Virus record (IMG/VR): IMGVR_UViG_3300030106_002282
Span: 1-59,683 of that record
Length of the DNA stretch: 59,683 bases
Direction: 5' to 3' (one strand)
From: a virus
Taxonomy: Duplodnaviria; Caudoviricetes
A model generated the notes under the pieces. It had not been told where the DNA came from. It searched no databases and saw only the letters and a program-made list of their open reading frames with translations. How positions within the stretch are numbered: position 1 is the first letter of the stretch; every line of letters begins with the position of its first letter. The position numbers and the translations under genes were made by a program. Shown here one piece after another: positions 37,088 through 47,326 of this stretch.

Positions 37088-38846
37088 ATGTATAAATTTT
37101 TAATGGACTAATTTTACCTTTGACTAGTATAGGCTCTAAAGATTTTAAATGATAACCACATAAACTTTCTGTTGATTCACTAATTAGTAAATCTACTTTT
37201 CTTTCTTTAGTAGCACTTTCTAATCGTGCTGCAACATTTACTGCATCTCCTATAGCTGTGTAATCAAATCTAGTAGCAGAACCCATATTTCCTATTGCTG
37301 CAGGACCAGTATTGATTCCTATACCTATAGCTATTTCTGGTAATCTTTCTTCTTGTAATTCAACAGCTAAATCATTTATATTTTTAATTATTTCTAAAGC
37401 ACAATCTACTGCTGCTTTTGCGTGGTCTTGCAAATCTAAAGGTGCATTAAATATTGCCATCATTGCATCGCCTATATATTTATCTACCATACCGCCATAA
37501 TTTTGTACTGCTATTTGTTGAGCAGTAAGAACTTTATTCATAATATAAGTAACATCTTCAGGTTTTAATTTTTCTGACATAGCAGTAAAACCTCTAACAT
37601 CAGTAAATAAAAAAGTAGCTGTTTTAGTTTCGCCACCTAATTTTAATAACTCAGGATTGTCTTGTAAGCGTTTTACCTGTTTAGGGTCTAAATAATGTTC
37701 AAATTGTTTTTTTATCTGTAAACGTAATTTAAATTGTTCTCTAAATCTTAAATAAAATGCAATAGTTGCTACTACAAACTGTGATATTAAAGTCCATGTG
37801 ACATCAAGTAATATACCTTTTTGTATTAAATAATATCCAATACCTGCTGTTAGAAAAAATAATACACTAGTGAATAATATTCCAGCAGTTATTCCAAAAT
37901 AAAATAAAGCAAACCAAATAGCAGTTATTGATGTTATTAATATTAATATTTCTGCAATCCAACTCCAATCAGGTATATAAGGACTGTCTTGTATTAACAA
38001 AGATTCTGATAACGCTGCTTGTATTTTATGTGGTTCTAATAAACCTATTGGAGTAGCTACTTGTGGCATTACACCATTTGCCGTAACTCCAACAAAAACA
38101 AATTTACCAAATACTTCCATATTGTCTAAATCTGTTTCTGGAGTATTTACCCAACTAATCCATTTTCTACCTAACGTATCTGTTTTTACTGGCGGTATAC
38201 CTTGTACTGTTATTTCTTCTATACCTGCTGTAGATGTTTTTATTATGTAAGTTTTACTATTAGTTAAAGTTTTTAAAACTTCTGTGCCAAAAGCACTTAC
38301 AAAACCATCAGGTGTTTCTAACAATAAAGGTATTCTTCTAACTAGATTATCTATGTCTACAGGTGCTGTTGCTATGCCTTGTGTTGCAGATTTTTTTAAG
38401 ACTTCAATATTTTCTACAACACCTTGAGTTTTTATTCCATTAGGTTTGCCTTCTCCTAAATAAACTGTACCTGAAGTTTTTGGATAATTACCACTAACAT
38501 TTTCAAACATAGCTAAAATAGAGGGAGACAAAGCTAAAGCTGATGCAAATGTTTCATCACCTTTAAATCTGTCTTTTTCACTAAATGCAATAACCCAACC
38601 AACACCTAATGCACCTTTATTTAATAACTCAACATGAATATCTGCATAATCTTGTCGGGGAAAAGGAAAACCGCCTCTATCAGTAACATTTTTTTCGGTA
38701 ATATTTAAAATAACAAAATTACCTGAAGGTTCTTGTTTTTTTATTAAAGCATCAAAAGTTTTTAATTTTAGAATTTCTATAAAACTAACATTAAAAACAA
38801 ATGGCAAAAGTAAAATTAATATTAATGGTAAAATTATTTTTTTCAT
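37080..38846 (-). CDS. CHASE2-domain class III adenylate cyclase
   Basis: CHASE2 (FPFPR, DIDNLVRRIPL), three TM helices, FTDVRGFT, DKYIGDA, GIGINTG, YTAIGDAVNVAARLES. Confidence 0.9.
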   Translation of the reverse strand: MKKIILPLILILLLPFVFNVSFIEILKLKTFDALIKKQEPSGNFVILNITEKNVTDRGGFPFPRQDYADIHVELLNKGALGVGWVIAFSEKDRFKGDETFASALALSPSILAMFENVSGNYPKTSGTVYLGEGKPNGIKTQGVVENIEVLKKSATQGIATAPVDIDNLVRRIPLLLETPDGFVSAFGTEVLKTLTNSKTYIIKTSTAGIEEITVQGIPPVKTDTLGRKWISWVNTPETDLDNMEVFGKFVFVGVTANGVMPQVATPIGLLEPHKIQAALSESLLIQDSPYIPDWSWIAEILILITSITAIWFALFYFGITAGILFTSVLFFLTAGIGYYLIQKGILLDVTWTLISQFVVATIAFYLRFREQFKLRLQIKKQFEHYLDPKQVKRLQDNPELLKLGGETKTATFLFTDVRGFTAMSEKLKPEDVTYIMNKVLTAQQIAVQNYGGMVDKYIGDAMMAIFNAPLDLQDHAKAAVDCALEIIKNINDLAVELQEERLPEIAIGIGINTGPAAIGNMGSATRFDYTAIGDAVNVAARLESATKERKVDLLISESTESLCGYHLKSLEPILVKGKISPLKIYTYE

Positions 38847-38848
38847 TT

Positions 38849-39961
38849 TTATTGCTGACTCAATGTGATAGTAGAGTCACCACCTCCATTAACTTTAATT
38901 ACTTTACTTACTCCATCTTGTACTAAAATAATTGTATAAGCATTGCTACCATCCACATCTAGTCTTACATTTTGGTTTACATTTCTTCTAAAACTAATAA
39001 TTTGACCTGTAACTAAAGTTGTAATTTGTGTGTCTTTATCTTGTCCTAAGTCTGTACCAACTATATTTATACCTGTAGCTTGGCTGAGTTTATCTTCTTC
39101 TTCTTCTATTGCTAGTGCATCTACAATATCTAACAAATCTTCAAGGAAATTAACATCCAAAAAATTTATATCTAATTCAGTAAACTCTAATTCTTCTTTA
39201 CTATCTAAAAAATCTTCATCTAAATAATCAATATCAAGGTCATTAAAATCTAAGACTGTATCTTTTTTTGTTTGTACTTCTTCAACAAGTTGTTTGTTTT
39301 GTTTAGGAGGAGAAACAATCAACATATTATCAATTGTGTCTAATGTTAAATCTAAAGTTATTGGTTTTGTTGGTGCAGATTCAAATACAGACACAGTAGT
39401 AGCTTGAAAAGGTTTATTTAATAAAACGCTGCCTGTAGCTGTAACTACCTCTATTTCGCCACTAGATAAACCTAATCTATCAGGCAATAATATTATTAAA
39501 CTTCTACCTAATTCATCAACTGTTGCAGTAAAGTCAGTACCCCTTATTGCTATATTAGCTGTTGGTGTCGATAACTTAATATTTTTTTTATCTATTTTGT
39601 TAAAGCCACCTGTAATAAATCTAGCTGTGCCCAAAGTAAATTTAAGAGCCATTTTTGATTTACTTGGGTCAGAATCAAATACATATTCATTTATAACTAA
39701 TTCTGAATATTCTGTAAGTTTAACCTGCGAATCGTCTAAAAACTTTATGGCTAACCTGCCATTTTTAGTTATAGCTTCATCGTTTTGTTGTATAGCAAAC
39801 TTTAGTTGAGCATCGTAAGACTTATCTCTAACTATTTGTGCATTGCCATTTAATTCTGATATATCGCCTATACTACTGACATCCAGTGGCTGTGCCTTGG
39901 TCGTTTTGATTGATACAGAAAGTACCATTAGAACCAGCAGAAGTGATTTTAAGCCAATCAT
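38849..39961 (-). CDS. FecR-domain periplasmic protein
   Basis: Signal peptide; IKFLDDS.V.L, GTARF.TG, TPTANIAIRGTDF. Confidence 0.8.
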   Translation of the reverse strand: MIGLKSLLLVLMVLSVSIKTTKAQPLDVSSIGDISELNGNAQIVRDKSYDAQLKFAIQQNDEAITKNGRLAIKFLDDSQVKLTEYSELVINEYVFDSDPSKSKMALKFTLGTARFITGGFNKIDKKNIKLSTPTANIAIRGTDFTATVDELGRSLIILLPDRLGLSSGEIEVVTATGSVLLNKPFQATTVSVFESAPTKPITLDLTLDTIDNMLIVSPPKQNKQLVEEVQTKKDTVLDFNDLDIDYLDEDFLDSKEELEFTELDINFLDVNFLEDLLDIVDALAIEEEEDKLSQATGINIVGTDLGQDKDTQITTLVTGQIISFRRNVNQNVRLDVDGSNAYTIILVQDGVSKVIKVNGGGDSTITLSQQ

Positions 39962-40595
39962 TATTTAATGTGCTTTGTTGCGTTATATTAAAAGTTCTTT
40001 GATTTCCGCCACTATGCGTTAAATGAAAATATCCATTAGAACTAGCATTTGTGCCATCGCCATCATAAGTAATCGTATTGTCACTACCATCTATGTTCAT
40101 GTAGTTGATAGCACCATCAATATCTATTGCTGCAGTTATATTATTACCACCGCCTTGAATAATCCAATCCAAATCAAGTCCTGAAGCCAATGCTGTAGTA
40201 GCTTGGTTGAGTGTCAAGTTGTTGGTATTACCAGTAACCTGTACATTCACGTTGGAATTGTCTGCTCCAAAAGTATTGGATGGGTCGGTTTGCATATTAA
40301 AAACATTACTGTCTCCTGCAAAATTAAAAAATCCCGTATAACTATCTGACCAAATGTCTCCTAAAAATTTATTAGAAGAACCAATTTGATTTATGTCTAG
40401 CGTCATAGATGCACCATCTAAATCAAGTGCTGTCATAGACCCAGCTTGTGCACTTGCACCACCTACAATATTAGAACCTCCTTGTTGTTCTATATCTAGG
40501 TTTGCAGTAGCACCTGACTGGTCTATATATATTTCATTATCTGCAAAGATTGTTATTGCAAATAATAAAAAAAATATTTTGTAAAAGTTATTCAT
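39873..40595 (-). CDS. Secreted curlin-like beta-solenoid repeat protein
   Basis: Signal peptide; repeats IDQSG..N, IEQQG.SN, INQIG.SN, IIQGGGNN; Asn/Gly/Gln-rich; downstream of csgG. Confidence 0.65.
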   Translation of the reverse strand: MNNFYKIFFLLFAITIFADNEIYIDQSGATANLDIEQQGGSNIVGGASAQAGSMTALDLDGASMTLDINQIGSSNKFLGDIWSDSYTGFFNFAGDSNVFNMQTDPSNTFGADNSNVNVQVTGNTNNLTLNQATTALASGLDLDWIIQGGGNNITAAIDIDGAINYMNIDGSDNTITYDGDGTNASSNGYFHLTHSGGNQRTFNITQQSTLNNDWLKITSAGSNGTFCINQNDQGTATGCQ

Positions 40596-41388
40596 AAGTC
40601 CAAAACCTCCTTTCATATCCTATGTTAACTATTTCTAAAATAGCACCTTCTATTGCTTTTTGTAGTGCTATTGTAGGACTTTCATTAGCAGCATTACCAA
40701 ATTCTAATTCAAGTAATTCCGTGTTTAATTCGTAAAATTTAAATACATCTTGCGTTTGACCATAACTATATATAGTTTTTTCTGATAAAACTTCTACTAA
40801 TATTTCGCCTGTCAAAACTGAAACTAATCTCAAACTTACAGTTACTGCATCTTGTCGGTATTCTATGCTAGAGCCTATACCTAAATATCTAGCACCAATA
40901 CCACCTGTTTTTAAATTACTATCATAAGCTAAAACTGCACCTTCTATGATAATTCCTGCAAACAATAAAGGTTTTAATTTTTTTTCGTTTTCGATTTCTC
41001 TGGTTGACCTAATTAATTGTCTTTCTTTAGTAAGATTATCTAAACCAACTCTTTCTACAACAATAAAAAAATTACCTTTTGCAGTATGTTTCAAAGCTCT
41101 TATTAGTAAAGATTGTGGAGCTTGTGTTAAAGCTGTAGAAAATAAAGCAAATTCACTATTACTTTTTCTTTGACCAGTCTGGTCTGTAAAACTATTTGGA
41201 TAAACAGCTATAACAGGTTTGTTTTTTGGAGCTTTAACATTTAATAACTCTTCAGAAAATAACCCTAAAATACTGGCATCTTCTTTTGCTTTTAACCTTT
41301 GATTTTCAGTATCTTCGATTACTTTAAATATACTACAACTAGAAAGTAAAAGAGCCGACAGGAATAGTAATAGTTGTCGTAGTTCCAT
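40588..41388 (-). CDS. csgG: Curli secretion channel CsgG
   Basis: LSSC lipobox; AVY..F.DQTGQRK, FSTALTQ, VVERVGLDNLTKERQLIRSTR, GGIGARYLGIG, YRQD.VTVSLRLVSV.TGE. Confidence 0.9.
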   Translation of the reverse strand: MELRQLLLFLSALLLSSCSIFKVIEDTENQRLKAKEDASILGLFSEELLNVKAPKNKPVIAVYPNSFTDQTGQRKSNSEFALFSTALTQAPQSLLIRALKHTAKGNFFIVVERVGLDNLTKERQLIRSTREIENEKKLKPLLFAGIIIEGAVLAYDSNLKTGGIGARYLGIGSSIEYRQDAVTVSLRLVSVLTGEILVEVLSEKTIYSYGQTQDVFKFYELNTELLELEFGNAANESPTIALQKAIEGAILEIVNIGYERRFWTYE

Positions 41389-41839
41389 CTTGGTCTAATA
41401 CAGTTAAAGTTATAGTTGTGCCATCACTTACATAAGAAATAGTGCTTCCTTCTAATGCAAATGTACCTTCTGTCATTGGGGTTTCGCCAAACAAATTATC
41501 AACAAGTTGTCTTGATAATTGTGCATATATTCTAGATTCTAAATTTCTTACGAATCTAGCTAAAGTTGTATTCTCTGCATCTCTTTCAATTTCATCTTGC
41601 AAAGCTTGCAACTCTTCTTTAATAGTCATTTTTCTACTAAATTCTTGATTTTCTATAGTTAGATAATGACTAGAAGTACCATTACCACTAAAACTAGGAG
41701 ATTTAAATTTATGAGTAATTTGGTCTGCAAAAATATTATCTGCAAAAACAAAAATACAAGTTATTAAAAATCCATAAATCATAACTTTACCTAAAATATC
41801 TTTAGTCTTTTCTCTGGTCATCTCTTTCTGCTTTTGCAA
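41339..41839 (-). CDS. csgF: Curli assembly component CsgF
   Basis: Signal peptide then HKFKSPSFSGNG, NLESRIYAQLSRQL..LFG, C-terminal TTITIP; upstream of csgG. Confidence 0.75.
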   Translation of the reverse strand: MQKQKEMTREKTKDILGKVMIYGFLITCIFVFADNIFADQITHKFKSPSFSGNGTSSHYLTIENQEFSRKMTIKEELQALQDEIERDAENTTLARFVRNLESRIYAQLSRQLVDNLFGETPMTEGTFALEGSTISYVSDGTTITLTVLDQDGTTTTITIPVGSFTF

Positions 41840-42167
41840 TTTTATCGTTTTGAACTAGTTGTGGCACACCTAACATTGTTTTTAACAATGTATCTTGCCT
41901 AATTATTTCATTATCTACACTTCTAACTCTATCTATCAAAGCAACTAAAATGCCTTGTTGTGCATCTAATTTAGTTTGTAATCTATTTTCCATAGCTTTT
42001 AGCTGTTCGTTTACCTTATCATCAACTACATCTATTTTAGATTCCATGCCATCTATAATTCTATTTATTAACTTCCAAACAAATATACCGAGACCTAAAG
42101 CTGCAGCTATTGGAAATCCCAGTTCTGTTATTAATTGTACTGCCTCACTCATTTGTCGTAGGAACAA
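41802..42167 (-). CDS. Holin-like membrane protein
   Basis: ELGFPIAAALGLGIFVW single TM plus coiled coil; start probably at MSEAVQ. Confidence 0.5.
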   Translation of the reverse strand: MFLRQMSEAVQLITELGFPIAAALGLGIFVWKLINRIIDGMESKIDVVDDKVNEQLKAMENRLQTKLDAQQGILVALIDRVRSVDNEIIRQDTLLKTMLGVPQLVQNDKIAKAERDDQRKD

Positions 42168-42573
42168 ACATTCCTAATTCTATTAATTTTGTTCTATTAG
42201 CCATATGTACTGCTTCTATAGCTGATTTGCTTTGTCCAAAGTATTTTGCTGCCATAAAATTTTCTATCATAGCTTCATTAATATCTTTGCCATCACACAC
42301 TACAATTCCAAGTACACGACCAAATTTACCTCTTGAATCTTTGAGTTTTGTTCTTATTACAACTTGTTCTGCTGTATTAATTGCATCTTGTAAAAACTTA
42401 GCAGATAACTTTCCTCTAGCTTTTTCATCTTTGTTTCTAGTTCTAGATTCAGGAGTATCTATGCCATAAAGACGAACTCTAGTTTTAAATAAGATATCAA
42501 AACCTAAATCTAAAATTACATCAATAGTATCACCATCAACTACTCTATCTACTTCGCAACTATATTCATACAT
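42145..42573 (-). CDS. Thermonuclease (SNase-like)
   Basis: RVVDGDTID, RVRLYGIDTPE, GKFGRVLG. Confidence 0.85.
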   Translation of the reverse strand: MYEYSCEVDRVVDGDTIDVILDLGFDILFKTRVRLYGIDTPESRTRNKDEKARGKLSAKFLQDAINTAEQVVIRTKLKDSRGKFGRVLGIVVCDGKDINEAMIENFMAAKYFGQSKSAIEAVHMANRTKLIELGMFVPTTNE

Positions 42574-42815
42574 TATCTGCTCTTACCTTTATGCAAGCCG
42601 TGTCTTGCGTGTTGTTTACCTTTTCTTGTAGCTTCTCTTTTCTTTTTATTAGCTGCTGCAAGTTTTCTTCTACCTTTAGGGGTAGACTTTAATCTATTAA
42701 TTTGTGCTTTAGGTGCATATACCTCACCAGTTTCTGAGGATTTTTTACCACTTGCTGTTGTCCATTTTTGTCCAGTCCACTTTTTTAAGCTTCTTTGGGA
42801 TTTTTTTAGTGGCAT
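42573..42815 (-). CDS. Small basic protein
   Basis: SQRSLKKWT.QKW.T.SGK, K/R-rich. Confidence 0.7.
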   Translation of the reverse strand: MPLKKSQRSLKKWTGQKWTTASGKKSSETGEVYAPKAQINRLKSTPKGRRKLAAANKKKREATRKGKQHARHGLHKGKSR

Positions 42816-43513
42816 TAATCTTCTCCTTTATCTTCTGTGAAACCCTCACTATATAGATTATTAAAAGTTATTAGTGGGTCAAGGTAGCTTTCGTGTCCTT
42901 CAGCAGAATGTAAATGTTGAGAGGGCATAAAGTCTGGAGCACCTTCACCAGTACGCCATAAAGCAGGACTAGTTGCTCTAACTCTATTATTAGGCAGAGC
43001 CACTATATTTCCTTTCCACTCACAATCTTCTGTTATATACATAACATGAGATTGTTTATGTTGAGCAGGGTCATCAGCTATAGAATGGTCAGTGTAATCA
43101 ACTGTAAATAAATATTTAGCTTGATAAAACTGATTATTTATTTTTGCTATCCAAGGACTAGAACTTACTCGGTCCATAGTAATTACAGAATGATGTCTTG
43201 ACTCACAATCCCAAGGTTGAGCTAAATGGTCCTCCATCGGTAGTGCCCATTCTTCTACAGGTATGTCAGCAACTAATGCTTGAATAGGCATCCTTGCCCA
43301 CATCGCACCACCATGAACATTTGGCATATCTTCGTGGTTATCTATCTCACAACCTGTAAAGACTACTTGAAAACTTAATGACCTATCAGGGATTGTATTT
43401 ACTGCTATAGCAATAGCATGAATAAATTCACCATGATATTTTTGATGATTAGCTGTAAATTCTTTTCTTACCCAACATTTAAATTGAGGTATGTTGCTTA
43501 TTAAATAAGGCAT
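42815..43513 (-). CDS. Conserved phage hypothetical protein
   Basis: 232 aa; GGAMWARMPI, QPWDC, YLFTVD, QHKQSH, ALPNNRVR. Confidence 0.75.
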   Translation of the reverse strand: MPYLISNIPQFKCWVRKEFTANHQKYHGEFIHAIAIAVNTIPDRSLSFQVVFTGCEIDNHEDMPNVHGGAMWARMPIQALVADIPVEEWALPMEDHLAQPWDCESRHHSVITMDRVSSSPWIAKINNQFYQAKYLFTVDYTDHSIADDPAQHKQSHVMYITEDCEWKGNIVALPNNRVRATSPALWRTGEGAPDFMPSQHLHSAEGHESYLDPLITFNNLYSEGFTEDKGED

Positions 43514-43698
43514 TAACTCTTATAGCCACCGCCTTTTGCTTTATATTGTTTAGCTAACATCTGTGCTTTTCTTGCAGACCATTGACCTGGCTTTCCGCCT
43601 TTGCCTCCTGCTTTTATTCTATTGAATAAATTTTTACGCATAGTAGGTTTAGTATAATTCCCTGCTTTATTAACTGTAGATTTTTTTGCTCGACTCAT
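43513..43698 (-). CDS. Small basic protein (DUF5872-like)
   Basis: GGKPGQWSARKAQMLAKQYKAKGGGY. Confidence 0.7.
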   Translation of the reverse strand: MSRAKKSTVNKAGNYTKPTMRKNLFNRIKAGGKGGKPGQWSARKAQMLAKQYKAKGGGYKS

Positions 43699-43880
43699 CC
43701 TATAAATTTTGATGTTATGACTGTAGCTAGTATAAACGGATATACTGCCCATATCATTGTTTCTATTTTATCAAATCTTTTAGAACCTGACTCCAATCTT
43801 GTATCAATACTTTTATATAGTGCTTTGCACTCTTTTTCATGTGACTCAATTGCATTTAAAGCATCTTTAATAGTAGCCAT
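43695..43880 (-). CDS. Small membrane protein
   Basis: HEKEC..Y coiled coil followed by a C-terminal TM. Confidence 0.65.
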   Translation of the reverse strand: MATIKDALNAIESHEKECKALYKSIDTRLESGSKRFDKIETMIWAVYPFILATVITSKFIG

Positions 43881-44065
43881 TATTTACTCCTAGAATGTTT
43901 TCTGTTTCCTTTATTATTTCCTGAATCGTATTGCCTTAATTCTTTGTAATAGTTTTTTGTTATAACATTAACTTTATACCAAAAAATGTTCATACCTCTG
44001 GGATTAGAAAGTTCTCCTATCATAATCACTATACAAGCTATCAAAGGTATAAATATAAGTTCCAT
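43880..44065 (-). CDS. Small hypothetical protein
   Basis: Coupled ORF with a hydrophobic N-terminus. Confidence 0.45.
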   Translation of the reverse strand: MELIFIPLIACIVIMIGELSNPRGMNIFWYKVNVITKNYYKELRQYDSGNNKGNRKHSRSK

Positions 44066-44082
44066 TTTATTCTTCTATTGGT

Positions 44083-46170
44083 TTAACCTTTTTCTAATTC
44101 TTCTACTTTTGCAGATAATTCTTTAATACTATTTATTAGTATTGGAATGATGTTTGTGTAATTTATACCATACCTAGTTTCATCTTCAGTTAAATTGACC
44201 AAAAGACTATTATCATTATTAGCACCATAACCATTATCTTTTTCTATATCTAAAACATCTTGTGCTATAAGTCCTATTTCAATTTTAGAAGATTTTTTAG
44301 AACCATCTGGAGTTGCTGCTAATATATCTTTTGGTTCAGGTTTATCACCTGCATACCAAGACCTTCTATCCCATTGATAAGTGACAGGATTCATTTTATT
44401 AATCCAAGCTAAACCACCTGTAAAATTAGTAACATCAGCTTTATCTCTTGAATCTGAAGTGTTTATGCTACTTTGTGCACAAAACAAAGTTTGCATATTA
44501 TCATCACCTAAACACATAATATTGCTTGAAGTTGTTATTGCACCAGAAGGACTTCCTGCAATACCAGAACCTTCTCCAAGACAAGTGTTTCTGCCGCCTG
44601 TTGTAATCCCACTACCTGCAAGATAACCAACACCTACATTATTAGTTGAATCTGTGACAGCTTGTAAAGCATCAACTCCTATTGCTGTGTTATTACTACC
44701 TGAAGTGCAACTGTCTAAAGTATCATTTCCTATAGCAGTATTATTTGCACCTGTTTCATTAACTGATAAAGAATAAGTACCAACCGCTGTGTTGTTAGAA
44801 GCTGTGGTGTTAGCATCTAAAGCAAAATCACCTATAGCAACATTATTATTACCTGTGGTTATAGCTGCACCTGCATCATTTCCAACAGCTACATTATTAC
44901 TTGCTGTTGTGACAGCAGTTAATGCTTTATGTCCAACACCTGTATTATTTCCGCCTGTTGTGACAGCATCACCTGCTCGTTCTCCGACAAAAACATTTTC
45001 TGAACCTGTGGTTATAGCTGCACCTGCAGATTTACCAATAAGTGTATTACTATGTCCTGATGTTATTTTTGTTCCTGCTTGATAACCAACAGCAGTATTA
45101 TCATCACCACTCGTTAGGTCATCAAAAACTTCGTAACCGAAACCTGTATTGTTTGAAGCAGCATCTAATGTACCTGTTCCTGCATCATTACTAATTAGTA
45201 TGCTGTTTGCAAAGTTTGTTATATTAGATGATATACCTACGCCATTGATTGTGCTTGAACCTGTAATAGCTCCATCTACTTGTAGTGTAGAAGCCATATC
45301 AACAGCTCCGTCTATATCTACTACGTCTAGGTTAGTAGTGCCGTCTACATCTATATCGCCTGAGATGTCAAGACTAGCAAAAACAGAAGTTCCAGTAGCG
45401 GTAACTGTTCCCGATACATCTGCATTACCATTTATATCAATAGTAGTAGCATTAATTTCTATTTCAGTATCGGAAACTAGGTCTAGTACTCCATCTGCTG
45501 ATTGGTGTATATATGTGCCAGAATCACCAAACTGTAATTGTCTAGTGCTGTTAAGTAATATACCTGTATCTGCAACGTGCGTAAGGGTAGTATCTTGGTC
45601 ATCACCTAAATTAATAACGGCTGCATCTGCTAAAAATAAATCAGACCATTCTAAAGAAGCAGAGCCTAACGCTGCTCCATCAGAAGCACTTGGAACTATT
45701 GCACCACTACTAGATATACCTGCTACTGTTGTAGTTCCTGCTAGGTTTAAATCAGTAAATGCATCTACCATAGCTGCACCTGAGCCAGCACCATCTGAAT
45801 AAATAGCTTTTACATGACCATTAGGTATTGTGATACTTGCACCACTACCTTGAGAAATAATTATATTTTGTGAGCCTGAAGTAGCATTTTCTATAAACCA
45901 AAGTTTAGAAATAGTATTAGGACCAATAGTAATTGTACAAGCAGAATCTAACGTACCTGTGTATTTAAGAAACATTGACCTGCCTGGGTCAGTAGACCCA
46001 TCAGCTATAGTTGTAGTATGAGTGTCTGCATTAGTAGTAATAGCTTCTGTGCCAAAACTAAATGCTTCGGCAATTAATTCAAGATTAGTGTTGGTAGACG
46101 TTCCCCAAGTACCCGACTCATCTCCAGTCGCTATTTCTTTAAGTCTTAAATCATTTACATATGTTGCCAT
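44083..46170 (-). CDS. Tail fibre/spike with C-terminal intramolecular chaperone (peptidase S74)
   Basis: GTWG..TNTN anchor, 14-residue NTAVG beta-roll repeats, TSDSRDK autocleavage motif, GLIAQDV, terminal coiled coil. Confidence 0.85.
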   Translation of the reverse strand: MATYVNDLRLKEIATGDESGTWGTSTNTNLELIAEAFSFGTEAITTNADTHTTTIADGSTDPGRSMFLKYTGTLDSACTITIGPNTISKLWFIENATSGSQNIIISQGSGASITIPNGHVKAIYSDGAGSGAAMVDAFTDLNLAGTTTVAGISSSGAIVPSASDGAALGSASLEWSDLFLADAAVINLGDDQDTTLTHVADTGILLNSTRQLQFGDSGTYIHQSADGVLDLVSDTEIEINATTIDINGNADVSGTVTATGTSVFASLDISGDIDVDGTTNLDVVDIDGAVDMASTLQVDGAITGSSTINGVGISSNITNFANSILISNDAGTGTLDAASNNTGFGYEVFDDLTSGDDNTAVGYQAGTKITSGHSNTLIGKSAGAAITTGSENVFVGERAGDAVTTGGNNTGVGHKALTAVTTASNNVAVGNDAGAAITTGNNNVAIGDFALDANTTASNNTAVGTYSLSVNETGANNTAIGNDTLDSCTSGSNNTAIGVDALQAVTDSTNNVGVGYLAGSGITTGGRNTCLGEGSGIAGSPSGAITTSSNIMCLGDDNMQTLFCAQSSINTSDSRDKADVTNFTGGLAWINKMNPVTYQWDRRSWYAGDKPEPKDILAATPDGSKKSSKIEIGLIAQDVLDIEKDNGYGANNDNSLLVNLTEDETRYGINYTNIIPILINSIKELSAKVEELEKG

Positions 46171-46193
46171 ATCTTTTCCTCATTAAATTTTAA

Positions 46194-46889
46194 TTAAGCT
46201 ACTTCTTTCCAATTAGGAGTTTGTGAAGTAGAAACTTCTGAATAATTTGCATTTTGCGTAGTAGATACTTCGTTATAGTTTGGTGTTTGACTTGTATCTA
46301 CCAATCCCCAAACATTAACAGAAGGTTCACCAAATGTTCCTACATTACCTGTGGGTAAAATAATAGATTTAGCTATAACAGTTTCATCGCCTAAACTAGT
46401 TGTGCCAACTAATCCTGTTATGGATAAATTATTTACAGTGGTTAAACTTATAGTTCCTAAAGCAGAAGTTGCACTTGTTCCTGTTGCAACTATTACCGCA
46501 CCAGCTGTTACTGTTTCATCTCCTAAAGAAGAAGTAGAAGCAACTGCAGATACACCCGTGACTGCTGCTCCAGCAGTTATAGCGTTACCTAATGCAGTAG
46601 TTCCCGCTACTCCTGTTTCAGCAATTAATGCTGCTGCAGTAATTGTTTCATCACCTAAAGCAGAAGTTCCTAAGTTTCCTGTAACTGTTTGTACAGCTTC
46701 AGCAACTACAGTTTCACTACCTAAAGCAGAAGTTCCTGCTAAACCAGTAACTGCAACAGTGTTTGAAGTTCTTTGTACTACTGTGCCTACAGCAGAAGTA
46801 GCACTGACTCCTGTAACTACAACTGGTGCTTCTTCACTCCAAGCACCTTCACCCCAAGTGCCTCTACCCCAGCCAGTTACATTAGCCAT
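46194..46889 (-). CDS. Structural protein with T/A/G-rich repeats
   Basis: GWGRGTWGEGAW start, repeated TG..GTSALG. Confidence 0.65.
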   Translation of the reverse strand: MANVTGWGRGTWGEGAWSEEAPVVVTGVSATSAVGTVVQRTSNTVAVTGLAGTSALGSETVVAEAVQTVTGNLGTSALGDETITAAALIAETGVAGTTALGNAITAGAAVTGVSAVASTSSLGDETVTAGAVIVATGTSATSALGTISLTTVNNLSITGLVGTTSLGDETVIAKSIILPTGNVGTFGEPSVNVWGLVDTSQTPNYNEVSTTQNANYSEVSTSQTPNWKEVA

Positions 46890-46894
46890 TTAAA

Positions 46895-47326
46895 TTAAGC
46901 TATTCTTATAATTGCATTACTTGCATCAGCAGTTGGAAACTGTATTGTAAAATCTCCGTTTGTAGAAGTTTTATCACCACCAAAAGCTAGTACACATACT
47001 GCTGGGTCGCCTGAAGCTGTGTCGTTAAAAATTAATGCACCATTAGCAGTAACTGTGGCACTACTAAAAGTTAAATCAGCAAAATCAGTAAATGCTGTTG
47101 TGCTAGATGTCGTTGGGTCAACTCTAGTTAAACTTGCACCTTTAGCGGAATAATTTGTGCCACTAGCTTCGTTAGAAGTAGTATACGCTGTTGTGCCTGC
47201 ACCTAAAGAGGCAGAACTGGTATATAACGCTAATTTGAAATCATTACCGCCTGAGTTTTTAAAATTATGCACACCTTCCAAAATTTCTTGTTTGAAAGAA
47301 GTGCACATTGCTTGAGATATAGCCAT
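46895..47326 (-). CDS. Structural (tail-associated) protein
   Basis: MAISQAMCTSFK, FKLALYTS, FGGDKTS..FTIQFP. Confidence 0.7.
   Translation of the reverse strand: MAISQAMCTSFKQEILEGVHNFKNSGGNDFKLALYTSSASLGAGTTAYTTSNEASGTNYSAKGASLTRVDPTTSSTTAFTDFADLTFSSATVTANGALIFNDTASGDPAVCVLAFGGDKTSTNGDFTIQFPTADASNAIIRIA

Noticed and set aside
45149-46893. Long + strand ORFs (217 aa, 180 aa) opposite tail genes
   Set aside because: Antisense shadows of Thr/Ala/Gly-rich repetitive genes; the same applies to the other antisense ORFs in the track
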